Source of the DNA: Octopus sinensis
Lineage: Eukaryota
Assembly (NCBI RefSeq): GCF_006345805.1
Contig: NW_021836924.1
Span: 6,097 to 70,096, forward strand
Direction of reading: 5' to 3'
Length of the DNA: 64,000 nt
The translations under genes and the position numbers were made by a program. Of this stretch, positions 25,445-39,635 are shown in pieces; within the stretch, counting starts at the first letter, position 1; each line of letters starts with the position of its first letter. The notes under the pieces are model-generated. The model saw nothing but the letters and a program-made list of their open reading frames with translations, had not been told where the DNA came from and searched no databases.

Positions 25445-26175
25445 TTCTCTCTCTCTCTCTCTCTCTCCTCTTTCTCTCCTCCTCTCTCTCCTCCTCTCTC
25501 TCTCCTCTCTCTCTCCTCTCTCTCTCCTATCTCTCTCCTCTCTCTCTCCTCTCTCTCTCCTCTCTCTCTCTTCTCTCTCTCCCCACTCTCTCTCCCACAC
25601 TCTCTCACCCCTCTCTCTTCTCACTCTCCCCACTCTCTCTCCACTCTCCTCACCCTCCTCTCCCCTCTCTCTCCTCTCTCTCCCCTCTCTCTCCCCCTCT
25701 CTCCCCTCTCTCTCTCCCCACTCTCTCTCCCACTCTCTCTCATCCCTCTCTCTTCTCACTCTCCCCCTCTCTGTCTCCTCTCTCTCCCCTCTCTCTCTCA
25801 TCTCTCCCCCTCCCTTCCTCGCTCTCCCCTCTCTCTCCCCCTCGCTCCACCTGTCTCTCTCTCTCTCCCCGTCTCTCTCTTTTCTCTCCCCCTCTCTCTC
25901 TCTCCCCTCCTCTCACTCTCCCCTCTCCTCCCCTCCTCCGCTCTCTCTCACTGTCTCTCTCTCTCCCCCTCTCTCTCTTTCTCTCCCCTCCTCTCCCCCT
26001 CTCTCCCCCTCTCCCCCCTTCTCTCTCTCCCCTCTCTCTCCCCTCTCTCTCTCCTCTCTCTCTCTCTCTTCTCTCTCACGCTCTCTCTTCTCTCTCTCTC
26101 TCTCTCTCCTCTCTCTCCTCTCTCTCTCTCTCTCTCTCCTCTCCTCTCTCTCTCCTCTCTCTCTCTCTCTCTCCA
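25445..26175 (+). repeat. ~730-bp polypyrimidine (CT-rich) low-complexity tract
   Basis: Almost exclusively C and T, in (CT)n/(CCT)n variants. Confidence 0.95.
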
Positions 26176-26473
26176 TCGTTTGTCCTCGTGATGATATTGT
26201 TTCTGCTACTGAACTTGCATGTTTCAGGTTGTTGTAGTCGCTGGGTGTGAGAGACAGAAGGAGAGAAAAGTCTTCTTCAGTGGGAGGGTTTGTGAGAGGA
26301 ACGGCTCCCCACTCGACGCTCCCATAATCACTCCTGATGGAGATAGGGATGATGATGACGACGCCATCTTATATATTTGTACTTTAGTAAATAAGAAGGA
26401 TGTTTTTGTGAAAGCAATAGATAAATAATAATAATAATAATGATAATAATAATAACAACAACAACAACAACAA

Positions 26474-26504
<31 letters not shown>

Positions 26505-27011
26505 AAGAAGAAGAAGAAGAAGAAGAAGAAGAAGAAGAAAAAAGAAGAAGAAGAAGTGAAGAGTTTAAAAAATACGGCAATTGTCCCTGTGGTTATCGGA
26601 TCTTTGGAAAGAATTGCCACATAACTCGGTTAAGCACTAAGGCCAAATACTAGAAAACCCGAAAGTAGAGTTAACCGCCCTATAACGAGCGAGCGTACTA
26701 TATTAGCAGGCCAATTTTGCATGAAATTGAAGTTCATCAATGGCACTGCTGCATCGCTGGTAGTTAAGTCAAATCCTACTTACTAGTGTATATATTTTAC
26801 CATAAGAATCTACGGCTGATTTAGCTACATATAATGTAAAAATCGTAAAATGATACAGGTGATATGACGAAATATAAAACCAAAAAGGAAATATGCAGTT
26901 CTCACTAATAGTGACCTAGAGTGCATGGAATCACCTACATTGCTAGAAATAAGAGTCAAAGACTCTTATAACCACAAACATAGCACAAGTCTATGTAAAA
27001 GCTCCACAGCA

Positions 27012-28285
27012 AACGAGGGTTCTATATTGGCGGGCCAATTTCTCTTGAAATTAAATCTTACCAGTAATACTACAGGGGAATTAACCCTTCTCTACATAGC
27101 CACAACCAATGGTGACACATTTTCCCCATCGTTTTATGCAGCTGCAAAAACCTCGTCTGTAGAAATCCGTAGATAGCTTCTGGAGTGAAGACTTTACCTC
27201 GGAAATAAGTCCATCATCATCCGAAATACGCTTTCCCTTCAACAAAGACTTCGTGGTTGGAAAGAGGTTGAAGTCAGATGGCGCGAGGTCGGGAGAGTAA
27301 TAGGGATGAGGAAGGATTTCATAGTCGCAGGAGTGTGCTTTTATCCGGGCAACAAGCACATTGTGAACTGGGGCGATGTCTTGGAGGAGACAAGCTCCTT
27401 TAGTCAGCATGTCACACCTCTCTGCTTTGATGGCATCCCGCAATTTCTGCAGCAGAGAAGCATAATATGCCTGGTTAATGGTGCTGTTATTTGCCAGAAA
27501 ACCCACATTTACTACTCTGCGCTGGTCCCAAAAGGCTGTATCACCTTGCCTGGCTGAGGGTTGCACACGAGCCTTCTTTGGCGGTGGCGAGTTATCATAC
27601 TTCCATTGCTTCGGCTGGATTTTAGTCCCAGGATCATAGTGATCGACCCATGTTTCATCCTCTGTGATGAGTGCCGAAAAAGTCATCCTCGCTTTCTTGG
27701 CACATTGCCAAAAGAACTTGAGTGCAATTGGCCCTTTCCTGCTTCTGAAAAGGTGTGAGCATCCGGGGAATCCCTCACGCTGAGAACTTCCGCATGTGCA
27801 AATGGTCGTGAATGATTTTTTTCCACGGATCCTACACTCATCTTTATTTCTTGGGCTAGTTGCAGAATAGCTATGTGGCCATCATCCAAACTGGCGGCGT
27901 CCACTTTATGAATGGTGTCGTTATCAATGACGGAACGTGGTCGTCCAGGAATAGGAGCAATTTCCACTGATGTCTGGCTATATTTCAATAGGCGATGCCA
28001 GTGATTGACTACGTCGTATGATGGTGCATCATTACCATAAACTTCTTTCATCTCATTGAAAGTCTCTTTTAGTGTGCGACCTGACGACTGATCTGCTTTG
28101 AGCTGTCTCCATTATAACACCTTAATCCACTTCAGCAGCCGTAAAACTCCAACAAATACTAGTGGAAAACTGCAGTTTACAACGTGACATGTAGAGACAT
28201 GTATGATTATACCTGTACAAGTTCCGTTTCCTGCAATAACCGCATGTGGGTCTGGGGAAATCTTTAATGAACACCCCTTTGTGTA
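27012..28285 (-). mobile_element. Decayed mariner (DD34D) transposon, near full length
   Basis: ORFs 27683-28051 (HTH region, GRP motif) and 27081-27686 (DETW, QDIAPVH, YSPDLAPSDFNLF, RWGKCV...GYVEK). TIR-like tacacaaaggggtgttcattaaag at the right end; the left end is approximate. Span about 1.27 kb. Confidence 0.9.
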
Positions 28286-28437
28286 TGTGTGTATGCTTGT
28301 GTATGTATGTACACATACACACACACATGCATATATATATATATACATATACATTACATATATATCTATATATATATATATAAATATTTATATCTATATA
28401 TATATATATTATACATATATATACATATATAATATAC

Positions 28438-28531
<94 letters not shown>

Positions 28532-28713
28532 TATATATGAATATAAATAAAAGAATATTCATATATAACAGAAAATTCTGCACATGAACTCAGTTTCTAC
28601 CCTTGGACAGGTCGCTTTAACCGTGTTTCTGACGTGAATTTGCTACCCTGGTATCGGTTCATCGAATTTTCCATGCTGACGGTAAACATAGGATAATTCA
28701 TTCACCTATATAT

Positions 28714-28756
<43 letters not shown>

Positions 28757-30059
28757 TATATGTGTGTGTATGTATATCTGTATGTGTATATAAATATATA
28801 TATATATGTGTGTGTATGTGTGTATGTATGTATGTATGTATGTATGTATGCATATATATATTTATATATATAGGCACTTTTGATAAACACTTTTCTCTCG
28901 AATTACACAATCGGCATGTGTATTGACAGATCTCTCGTTGACCTGTATTATATCAAGTTCCGATATAATATAGGTCAAACCATCTACTTGCCGTGACCTC
29001 CAAGCATAACCATTCACATACAGGAGAGTTGAGAGGATGTCTATGCTTGTGATTACACAAGCACCTAAAACAAATAGTGGAAGCATAATACAACCTACTA
29101 GTGGAGTGGAAGCGAACGTTTTCATGAGGGTAAAACCTTTGAGTTTGGTGTATAAGTTTGTACATGCTTGCGGTCCGCGGTGGGTGGGTGGGTGGGGGAT
29201 GCCAAACTCAAGTTCTGCACCGGAGGTCACAAAATCTAGCTACGCCATTTGTATAGGTAACAGATCTTCTGTGATATATTAGTGTTATTCTTCTTGAGCG
29301 GTTACATACGCTACTCATCCTGTTTTAATCCTCTGTTATACTATAATCCTATTAACATGTCGGAGACTTAGTATTTGACTGGTGTTTTATCTTATTCAGG
29401 AGATTGAAAGGCAAATTTGATATCAGTGAGGATTTGAACCTCAGCCTTAAACATCCACAGCTAAATACAAAAGATATTTTATTCGCCGCTCTAACGGTTT
29501 TATCTATCCCCACCTAATTCTAGATGAGAAAGTGGACTTAAGTACAGGCCCTATGGAATAAAATAATTGCTTCTATATAGTCATACTGAACATTGATGAT
29601 GCTGACCCATGGTCAAAACTGCTTCAGCCGTCGTCTTTCTATATCTATGACTGTATTTCTTTTTTTTAATAAATACTTCCTTTATAATACAGCTGGATGT
29701 AACTTTCGGAAGGTTTGTTGCAATTTCTAATCGGTCGAGTGGCTGCGTAGAATCTTCCCTAATTGTTTCAAGAATACAGTTTTGTGAAAGGACTAAATAT
29801 TCTTCAGAGCCGAGTGCTTCGTTATCAAGCAGTAAAATGGACAGTCAAGGGTACTAAAAGAAGTGGAAGACTTATGCCAAAAAGACAGAGAACAATGCAA
29901 AAAGTAAGAGAAGACACAGACTGAGCAGATTTTGAAACTGAGGTACGGGATAGACAAGACTAGTGAGAATAAACGGATAGCTTTTGCATCAAAGTGGCTT
30001 TGCCGAGAGTAAGCGTATTGATTATAAAGTGCGGTATTCTGGCATAAAAGAACATATTA

Positions 30060-30488
30060 GGCGTAGGAGTGGCTGTGTGGTAAGTAGCTTGCTTACCAAC
30101 CACATGCTTCCGGGTTCAGTCCCACTGCGTGGAACCTTGCGTATGTGTCTTCTACGATAGCCTCGGGCCGACCGCAGCCTTGTGAATAGATCTGGTAGAC
30201 GGAAACTGAAAGAAGCCCGTCGTATATATGCAAAAAAAAGGAATATATATATGTGTATATGTACGTGTGTGTATATGTGTGTGTGTCTGTGTTTGTCCCC
30301 CCCCCAACATCGCTTTGTAACCGACGCTGGTGTGTTTACGTCCCCGTAACTTAGCGGTTCGGCAAAAGGGACCGATAGATAAGTACTAAGCTTACAAAGA
30401 ATAAGTCTGGGGTCGTTTTGCTCGACTAAAGGCGGTGTTCCAGCATGGCCACTGTCAAATGACTGAAACAAGTAAAAGAGTAAAAGAG
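30060..30488 (+). mobile_element. SINE family A copy
   Basis: Full-length match to family A. Confidence 0.85.
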
Positions 30489-30547
30489 CCCAATTTCAGC
30501 AACGCATATTCAGGGGGAAAAAATACTTCTTAGAACATTCTCCCTGA

Positions 30548-30840
30548 AGGCGGTGAGCTGGCAGAAACGTTAGCACGCCGGGCGAAATGCTTAGTGGTAT
30601 TTCGTCTGTCTTTACGTTCTGAGTTCAAATTCCGCCGAGGTCGACTTTGCTTTTCATCCTTTCGGGGTCGATTAAATAAGTACCAGTTACGCACTGGGGT
30701 CGATATAATCGACTTAATCCGTTTGACTGTCCTTGTTTGTCTCCTCTATGTTTATCCCCCTGTGGGCAATAAAGAAATTAGAATCATTGGCACGCCGGGC
30801 GGAATGCTTAGCGTTGTGGGCAGTAAAGAAATTAAAACGT
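30548..30840 (+). mobile_element. SINE family B copy with partial re-duplication
   Basis: A full copy followed by a second gcacgccggg...aaagaaatt fragment. Confidence 0.8.
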
Positions 30841-31225
30841 TCTCCCTTTGCGTGTTTAAATCGTTTTCATTGGCTTGTATTAGACGTCCCTGTTTGCTTT
30901 CAGAATTTTAGTTAGCCTTTGTTTCATACGTTCCGAGTAATGTATAGCTTTCCTTTCTTAAATCCCAAATGACTCTGATGCAGGGGAAAATATTTGGAAT
31001 GTGTACCATTTATGATGCATGAATGTGAGAAAAATGTCTTACGTATCACACGTGATACACAAGACAAGCAAAAGGGTTAAAGCATATAGCATAAGCTCAC
31101 CTTAGCCAATAAGACCCGGGGTGGTGTATTTGAGACATTTTAGACGAAAAAGTGCGTTTTGTAGGCCATAAAGTACGGTAGACTTTAATTGCAATAATGA
31201 AGGCAATAGAAAAGTATTCCCTTAC

Positions 31226-31607
31226 CTGTGTAGTTTGGAGGTATACTCGGAGTAACTGTTGGTTTGTAATCAATTTCTTTTGTAACACAGCCTTGCCATT
31301 CTAATTGCCATGAGCGTATACAGCATTTTAGTGTTAATGAAAATATATTAGCATCTCTACAAAGTCCCTTATATACTCGTCCGTTCAGACAGAGAAAATA
31401 TCGGCTTGGATTCCAATAATTCTTTAACCAGTGCGTTTCACATTTCCTACAAGGTAGAATTGGTCGACATGCTACAATAGCTGAACATAACATTGGGTTG
31501 TGCTGTGATATTATGGAGGTTATGAAAAGTAACATTATCAAACGGCCAACGCTCCGTAGAGAGATGGATGAAAGAGCGAAATTGAAAATATGTCGTGTAA
31601 TAGACAT
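31226..31607 (-). CDS. Probable exon 1 of a chitin-binding-domain/serine protease gene: weak hydrophobic N-terminus, CBM14 (peritrophin-A/ChtBD2)-like Cys-rich module and P/T-rich linker
   Basis: The ORF translates to ...PCRKCETHWLKNYWNPSRYFLCLNGRVYKGLCRDANIFSLTLKCCIRSWQLEWQGC...KPTVTPSIPPNYT-G. The YFLC-x9-C-x5-F-x6-C spacing fits CBM14, but Cys2 is replaced by Pro. A strong donor (CACAG|GTAAGG) at 31226/31225 is phase 1 and matches the next exon. The 5' boundary is uncertain: ATG at 31607, or an internal phase-1 acceptor near 31470. Confidence 0.65.
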
Positions 31608-31832
31608 GATTATGATTTTGAAGTGATGTATCTATCATTTATGTAGACTCTGTTTTTGTTAGTCGTATGTGTGCATGTTCGCGCGCGCGTGTTTGTGTGC
31701 GTATATGTGTTTGTGTACGTGCGTGTGTTTCTGTGTGTAAGTGTGTGTGAGTTTGTGTCAATAGCGAAGAAAAAGTAGATGGGATAGACAGGATAAGAAA
31801 GAAGAAAAACTTTCTCGTCATTTCTCGCTTTC

Positions 31833-31882
<50 letters not shown>

Positions 31883-32002
31883 ACACACATGCACACATTT
31901 ATTTACACTTACACTCACATATTTAGATGTGCATGTGTGTGTGTGTATGTATGTATGTTTGTATGTATGTATGTATGTATGTATGTATGTATACGTAACT
32001 CC

Positions 32003-32055
<53 letters not shown>

Positions 32056-32139
32056 GAGAGAGAGAGAGGCGAAAGAGAAGGAGATACGTATACATACATA
32101 CACACACATGCACATCTAAATATGTATATATATATATAA

Positions 32140-32171
<32 letters not shown>

Positions 32172-32251
32172 AATATAAATGATATATAAATATATGCACA
32201 TATACATACATATATGTACATACCTACATCTATATGTATATATATATATAC

Positions 32252-32282
<31 letters not shown>

Positions 32283-32286
32283 ATAT

Positions 32287-32334
<48 letters not shown>

Positions 32335-32611
32335 TGCGTATGTATGTATTTCTCTCACCCCCTCTCTCCCTCTCTTTATATATACATCCGTATACAGTAT
32401 ACATGTATATGTATGCATGCATACACTATGAAATATTTTCCCCAAATGAAAGCAAAAACAGTCCAAAAGAACGCCATGATTAATAAACCACGGGAGCAAC
32501 GAAAGAAACAACGAAATCAAGTAATAGGAATACGAATAATAAAATAATAAAATAATAAAATAAGTATGAAATAAAACATACACGTACGTACGAACGCGCA
32601 AAGATGAAACA

Positions 32612-32667
<56 letters not shown>

Positions 32668-33134
32668 TCATTCTAACGCACCGAGAAAGCAATGACAAAT
32701 CTTTTTATGTTTTTTTTTTATCTTTCGATAATATGAACTTCTATACTTTTAATGTTTTTGTTTTTTTTTTCTTCTTTCTTTACTTCCCGTTAAAATATGT
32801 TAATAATACATCAAATTGTCAATCTTATACTGTACATAGAAAAAGTAAAAGTAAAACGAAAAAAGAAACAAGTTAAGAAATGAAAATCAAAGCCGAGTAA
32901 CAGTTTATATCGAAAAGTGTGTATAAGACCAATACAGCGTATGAATAGTTCTTTTATATTCACTTCACTACGTTGTTTGCTAAAGGAGACATCATTTTAA
33001 GAGTTCACAAAGGCCTTTGGTCCGTCCTTGCTTCTACTTCTCAAAATTTTGTCCGTTCCCGTCGCAGTTTGTTGTTGTTGCTACAGTTGTTGTTGCTGCT
33101 GCTGCTGCTGCTGCTAGTTCTGCTACTGCTGCTG

Positions 33135-33690
33135 TGTGGAGGCGCGTGGCTTAGTGGTTAGGGCGTCAGCATCATGATTGTAAGATTGTGGTTTCGATTC
33201 CTGGACCGGGCGACGCGTTGTGTTCTTGAGCAAAACACTTCATTTCCCGTTGCTCCAGTCCACTCAGCTGGCAAAAATGAGTAACGCTGCGATGGACTGG
33301 CGTCCCGTCCAGCTGGGGAACACATACGCCATAGAAACAGGGAAACTGGGCCCATGAGCCCGACTAGGCTTTAGAAGGGCGCATTTATTTGTGGAGGCAC
33401 ATGGCCTAGTGGTTAGAGCAGCAAACTCGCGGTCGAGGGATCGCGGGTTCGAATCTCAGACCGGGCGATGTGTGTGTTTATGAGAGAAACACCAAAGCTC
33501 CACGCGGCTCCGGCAGGAGGTAATGGCGAACTTCTGCTGACTCTTTCGCCACAACTTTCTCTCACTCTTTCCTCCTGCATCTTGCATCTCACCTGCGACG
33601 GGCCGACGTCCCGTCCAGGTGGGGAACCTATGCGCCAAGGAAACCGGGAAACCGGCCCTTATGAGCCAGGCATGGCTTGAGAAGGAACAA
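33135..33690 (+). mobile_element. Adjacent tRNA-derived SINEs (family D, then family C)
   Basis: Two tRNA-like heads (about 33137 and 33392) share a related 3' module, cgtcccgtccag...gaaac.ggg...atgagcc. Confidence 0.8.
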
Positions 33691-33949
33691 ACATACGGCT
33701 GCTGTAGTTGTTGTTGTTATTGTTGTTTCGTCAGGAAGGCGTGTGGTTTTGTGGTTACGGTGTTTGGTTTACGATCATAACGTCGTAGGGTGGTTCGAGT
33801 CCTTGACTTGTTAGTGCGTTGTTTCTGCCAATAAAGCACTTTATTTCACGTTGCTGCCGGTTAAGGTTTTCCTCCACCTCCTCCTCCCCTCCTCCCCCTC
33901 CTTCCCCCTCCTCCACGTCATTATCATCATTATTATTATCATTACCCAT

Positions 33950-34175
33950 TTCTTGACTACCCACAAGGGGCTAAACACAGATGAGACAAACAAGGACAGA
34001 CAAACGGAATAAGTCGATTACATCGACCCCAGTGCGTAACTGGTACTTAATTTATCGACCCCGAAAGGATGAAAGGCAAAGTCAACCTCGGCGGAATTTG
34101 AACTCAGAACGTAACGGCAGACGAAATACGGCTACGCATTTCGCCCGGGGTGCTAACGTTTCTGCCAGCTCGCCA
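33950..34175 (-). mobile_element. SINE family B copy
   Basis: Reverse complement of family B. Confidence 0.85.
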
Positions 34176-35029
34176 CCATCATTATTATTATCATTACCAT
34201 CATCGTCGAAATTATCATCATCAGTATCATTTGGTGTCTGTTTTCCATGGTGGTACGGGTGGACGGTTTGACAGGATTCGACGAACTGTGAGGCTGCGCC
34301 GCGCATGCTTTCAACGGATGGATGCCCTTCCTTACCCCAAACATTTTACAGTGTGTACTGAATGCTTTTGTCGTGCCTGTGGCACTAGTGGGGTCTTCAT
34401 GTAAGCCGTAGTACAAAAAGAGCAGAAAGCTCTTTTTTCCATCTAGCTGAAGCATTATAGACGTTCCACTGGATTTTCCCTGCGAGGGCAGAGAGAACGG
34501 GGGTCTACGTCTGCTCGTAGCTGCACAGACACCTATAACAATATTAAAAAGCAAAGATAATGCGACTAAGATACCATCGATTGCGTATGACAGTAACGAG
34601 TTGTCTCAACACAGATCAGTTTTGATAAAGCAGACTAGCTTAAGGTGACCCGCTCTACGCGCGGGTGAGGGTGTGGTTGTTACTTTCTGTTGCTTCCTTT
34701 CTATTGCTTCCTTTCTGTTCTTATCACTACATTCTCCCTCTTTGTTTCTCTCTCACTTTCCCACTCTCTTACTCTCCTTTCTCTCTGACTCTCCCTCGCT
34801 TTCTCTTACTCTCTATCTTTCTCTATCTATATCATTCCCATTTATAAAAAACAAAAGATTTTGAGTAAGTTCAAAAAGAAAATATTTTGAAAGATCAATT
34901 ATAAATATCAGGCAGTGACAACAGAGAGCACACTTGCCTTTTGTACGAGCCACTGTTTGAGCGATTAGAAATAAGGAAAAAAGGGATTTCTTTGTTAAAT
35001 TTAGTACTTATTTTGGGAATTTTTCGACG

Positions 35030-36130
35030 ATTGACCATGCAAATGAAAATTCTAAGCACGGGCTACATGCAACTGTAAATTTCTTTCAGAAAAAATGAAA
35101 ACTGTAAACAATAAAAAATAAAAGACAAAAATACGTAAAAATGAGAAAATTTTCAACTTAAAAATCTTGCCTTAATTTTCAAAATTTCGAACCCATTTTC
35201 TGCGCTTAAATTACAAATCCGCTTCCACTTTACCATGTTGAAAATTTGATTGAAATCAGGCAAAAGGTGTTCAATCTAGACCCCCAAGTGTCCCCCAAAA
35301 TCAATAAAATCCCCGTTTTCACAGCAAAGCAACCACTGTAGCGCCCCCAAAACGTCTCCCAATCAATTTCTCACCTCAAGTTACCCCCTCCTGTAAATTT
35401 TAATCCCCTTCCAGCCCCATTTAGACCCCCTTTTTTTTTACCTAAAAATCAATTTATATCAACGTTGGCCTTCTTCATTTTATAGATTAGATTAGATGCC
35501 AATCGTGCTAATCTGGAGGGGCTTATAGCCACCCCCCCCCTTGAATCGATAAAAAATCACTCTTTTCACCATAGCAACCGCATCTTTCCAGATGGCGAGT
35601 TTTAACCTACTCAACTCTCTGTCTCATCACACCTATGCCTGTGTCAAATTTCAGCTCGATCCGATCACTGGTCTGGCCGCCAACCCATGACGTAGCAAAA
35701 TGTGCACACAATTTTGACCCAAAGCTTCTTATATATATAGATAGCAGAGAAACCCGGTCTTGCTCGGGATTAAAATAGTTTACTATTGTTTTATTTGTTT
35801 CGGTATTATAACCCGATTTCATTCGGGTCTACGCGGGCCACACATTAAAAGATAAGAAATTTTGCCCTAGAGGCCACACTTTTCAATTGAGCAAACTCAA
35901 AGTTGCCATGCAAACTCGCTAGGACTTTTAACATAGGTGTGCAAATTTTCAGCTAACACTTTTGCCTGTATAACTGCTTGTGAGACAACGTCCGCCCTTT
36001 TCACAAATATATAGTAGATTTATAGAGATACCCGGCCTTGCTTGGGATTAAAATGGCATAGGTTTTCATTGTTTTACTTGTTTGGTTAATATAACCCGAT
36101 TTCATTCGGGTCTACTCGGGCCACAACTAG
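35030..36130. mobile_element. Cluster of nested or adjacent Helitron-like termini
   Basis: Minus-strand 5'-like ends (atctatatatataag at 35742, atctactatatat near 36019). Hairpins cccggtcttgctcggg and cccgatttcattcggg; CTAG at 36127-36130. Blocks 35741-35845 and 36022-36125 are near duplicates. Confidence 0.5.
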
Positions 36131-37564
36131 CTGAAAGGACGGAACAATATCTGATTCTTCTCATTTTCCTTTTCTTTCTCAAACATGGCCTTACCCGGAA
36201 GACGCAACGTGAAGACGCTCAGCCTGTTGTTGCCTTGGTAGCAGACCATCTGCTCAACGACTTCAAGTAACAAGATATAAATTTGGCATCCATCATCAAA
36301 CCCAGAATTTCTGAGGCGCTAATCTTCATGCCTACCTTCAGCGACTTCAAGATCAACGCATTTCCAAGTTGGGTGTGACTGAAAGAGTGTGCTGCTGTGT
36401 TGTTTCGGAAACGTCTGGATCTCATGATACAAACTATCTTCATGGATCCAGAAGTCAATAGCGAAAGCTATATTTTTAGACTAGTAGTTTTCTACGCCCG
36501 AACAGGGACGAGGGTGGCCAGATATCTGCGTGCAACTCGAAGTTATCCTTGGAACGTCCGGCTCCTTACTGCTAGGGATGATTGAAACGTTATATTAGAT
36601 ACAGAAATGGACTGTGGGATTATTAGATGATAGGAGAGGGGTTTTAAACCGGTTCGGACCTTTCGAACTGTTTGAGATGTACTGACGGGATTTCCATATT
36701 GTGCTATGTGGACATGGAAAAACCGTATCAGGTCATCCACATCATATCTAGATAGTGTTCTGCAGGCTAGTAAATAGACAGCATAGAGTGTCCACAAATC
36801 AAAGTGGTTAGCTTGACAGATCACAAATTTGTGATTTATACGCTTGATTTTATATAAACTTCATAGGCAGGGATCCAGCTACTGGAAACTAGATGCGTTG
36901 TTTCCGGAATATCGAGCTTACAAAGATCAAATTATCGAATTAACTAATTAGGCTAGGTTTAGGAGAGACTCGTTAACAACAAATAGTAGTTCACTTTGAA
37001 AAGAGCGATTAGAGTAGAATTGGCAGTTTAGTAAGGAAGTTGTGACAGAGAAAACTGCAATAAAGACAGAACAAGATAGAAATCTAGAAGAAGCACTGAG
37101 AAAAGTGATCCCGACCGATGAGCTTGCGGCAAAATTGGCTGTCGACCATTTTTCTTCGATTCGATGCAAGAGGCCTGCTTTGGCAGGTCTAAGGTGCGTT
37201 GTCTAAGACGCGAAGGAACGAAATTCATTCATTGTGTCTGAGTGGTGCAGGTGCAACAATACAACAAAACCACCATACAGTTTTCCTTGTACTCTGATTA
37301 CTTTGATGGCCTGCTACTTCTTTCATCGGCGGAGTGTTGCGAAAGGCCGATAACATCCGCTGAAACACAGAAAGTGATGACTGGCTCTACGAGGGACAAA
37401 TTGCTCGGTTTTGGTGGGTTGCCTGTGAGCTTTATCCTATGTAAGACTTCCATGTCTGTGAACCTAGGAGCAGTAGTGCTGCTGACAAAGGACCAAAACC
37501 AAAAGAATTTCGTTGATATTTTTCAGCCAAAAATTCTGCTGAATGCAGACATTAAAGTATTGAC

Positions 37565-37900
37565 CAATGGCTCAGTGGTTAGAGCGTCGAGCTTACGATC
37601 GTGAGGTTGTGAGCTCGAATCCCGGACCGGGCTGCGTGTTGTGTTCTTGAGCAAAGCACTTTATTTTCACGTTGCTCCAGTTCACTCAGCTGTAGAAATG
37701 AGTTGCGACGTCACAGGTGCCAAGCTGTATCGACCTTTGTCTTTCCCTTGGATAACACTGGTGGCGTGGAGAGGGGAGGCTGGTATGCATGGGCGACTGC
37801 TGGTCTTCCATAAACAATCTTGCCCGGACTTGTGTCTAGGAGGGTAACTTTCTAGGTGCAATCCCATGGTCATTCATGACCGAAGGGGGTCTTTACCCTT
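37565..37900 (+). mobile_element. tRNA-derived SINE family D variant with CORE-like segment
   Basis: tggctcagtggttagagc...gagctcgaatccc head, then gttgtgttcttgagcaaagcacttta..., which resembles the CORE/MIR motif. Confidence 0.8.
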
Positions 37901-39319
37901 AGTGAATAGTTGGCACTTGTCGGAAGTTTGTCAGTGGTACAAAAACTTGCACCAACCCGAACAGATCTGTTCACGACATTCTCCATCGCATGCGATACAT
38001 TACAGAGAGAGTGGGTAAGGCTCCTTATATGGGTGGGTAGCTGAACAACACGGGTCAATCAAAATCTTCTATGAAGTTGACGCCAATTCTTGGAGGTTGT
38101 CCTCGCAGTAAACGATTACCAATCAGCTCCCAGTGCCTAAATCACCACATTGTGCAACATCTACTCTGTGGTCAGAATAAACAGCCACTTATCGAGAACG
38201 TTCAGTATTATGCACTCAGTGCGTCAAGGTTGTCTTCTCGCATTTCTTCTGTATATGCTGACTATAGAGCAACTACTACAGAAACTTAAAGTTTCTGTAG
38301 TAATATGCTAAAGATCTATGTGAGCATACGCAGACGATAAGACAGTATTTGTATCGGAGACCGAGAACACCGCTCTAAGAGACGGTGAGGCAGTGACAGG
38401 AGCAAAACTCAAATAAGAAAAGTCAATGGGTCTGCATCTAGACAGGTAGAAAGGCAGACTCATGCCATCCAACATCGTGAGGTGTTGGACAGACAGACCA
38501 TTTAAATTGCGCGGAGTCTAGTTTCGCCCAGACTTCTTAGTAGAAAAGAACTACTACGATATAATGAGCAAGGTAACTGTCTCATACAAAAATGGGCCAA
38601 GAGGAAACTGTCGCCGAAGGGTCACACAGAGGTGGAGAACGCCATCATTATGGTTCTCTGTCGTTGTCATCTGACTGTCGTAACTTGCTCACTTTTGACG
38701 AGGCTGGAACATCAGTGAAAAAGACGCTTCACTGGTCTGCTGCCAACACTTGCTACGTAAAACTGAATATACCGTGACCTGTATTGTGCATACATTTGCT
38801 GAAATTACATAATCTCTAGCGAATCGTTGGTGGTGAAGAGATAAAGTTGCCGTTTGTCAGACACGACTTTTCTATGCTTATCTCTTTAACAGAGCTGTTG
38901 GGGAGCTTAGCCTCTTGACTGTCGTCAGGCGCTCACGGCACGCTACCTGCCGGACAATGCGGTTGGCTGAAATTCTACATTGGCGTTCTAAAGAAGATTA
39001 GTGGCGGGTAGAAGAGACGACGATTAGCAAAAATTTGGGCGTCACAGAAAACCAACTAAGTTTATCTTGAAGAATTCCCGTTCGAGATGCATGAAGAACG
39101 ACGAAACGGTTCTACATGCACTTGCCCGAGCTATGTCAAACAGCACCTGCCACCTGTCGGTCGATTCCGGCCATCATCTCGCTACTGAGTCCTTTGTGAA
39201 AAGCTCATCACCACCTCCTTTAGCTGAGAAGAGTGGTGATGGCGAAAAGGATTGTGGGGAGAATATAATCGTAAGTGTTGAGGACAGGGAGTTTTCACCT
39301 TTAGCTAGATTCTTGTCAG

Positions 39320-39635
39320 TGAGGGCGCGTGGCTTAGTGGTTAGGGCATTCGGCTCATGATCGTAAGGTTGTGAGTTCGATTCCCGGCGACGCGTTGTGT
39401 CCTTGAGCAAGGCACTTTATTTTCACGTTGCTCCAGTCCACTCAGCTGGCAAAAATGAGTTGTACTTGTATTTCAAAGGGTCAGCCTTGTCACTCTCTGT
39501 GTCACGCTGATTATCCCCGAGAACTACGTTAAGGGTACACGTGTCTGTGGAATGCTCAGCCATTTGCACGTTAATCTCACGAGCAAGCTGTTCCGTTGAT
39601 TCGGATCAGCTGGGACCTCGTCGTCGTAACCGGCG
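39320..39635 (+). mobile_element. tRNA-derived SINE family D
   Basis: gagggcgcgtggcttagtggttagg...gagttcgattccc head and CORE-like gtgtccttgagcaaggcactt. Duplicated at 58698-59015. Confidence 0.85.

Noticed and set aside
25208-26237. Long ORFs (336 aa and 197 aa) rich in Ser/Leu or Arg/Glu
   Set aside because: They are translations of the CT-rich tract and a decayed (AAC)n region, with no domain and no splice support.
28862-29282. Non-repetitive ORFs; LLYVNGYAWRS faintly resembles a FLYWCH or transposase segment
   Set aside because: The required W-x-C and C/H ligands are absent and no splice signals fit, so it cannot be assigned without a database search.
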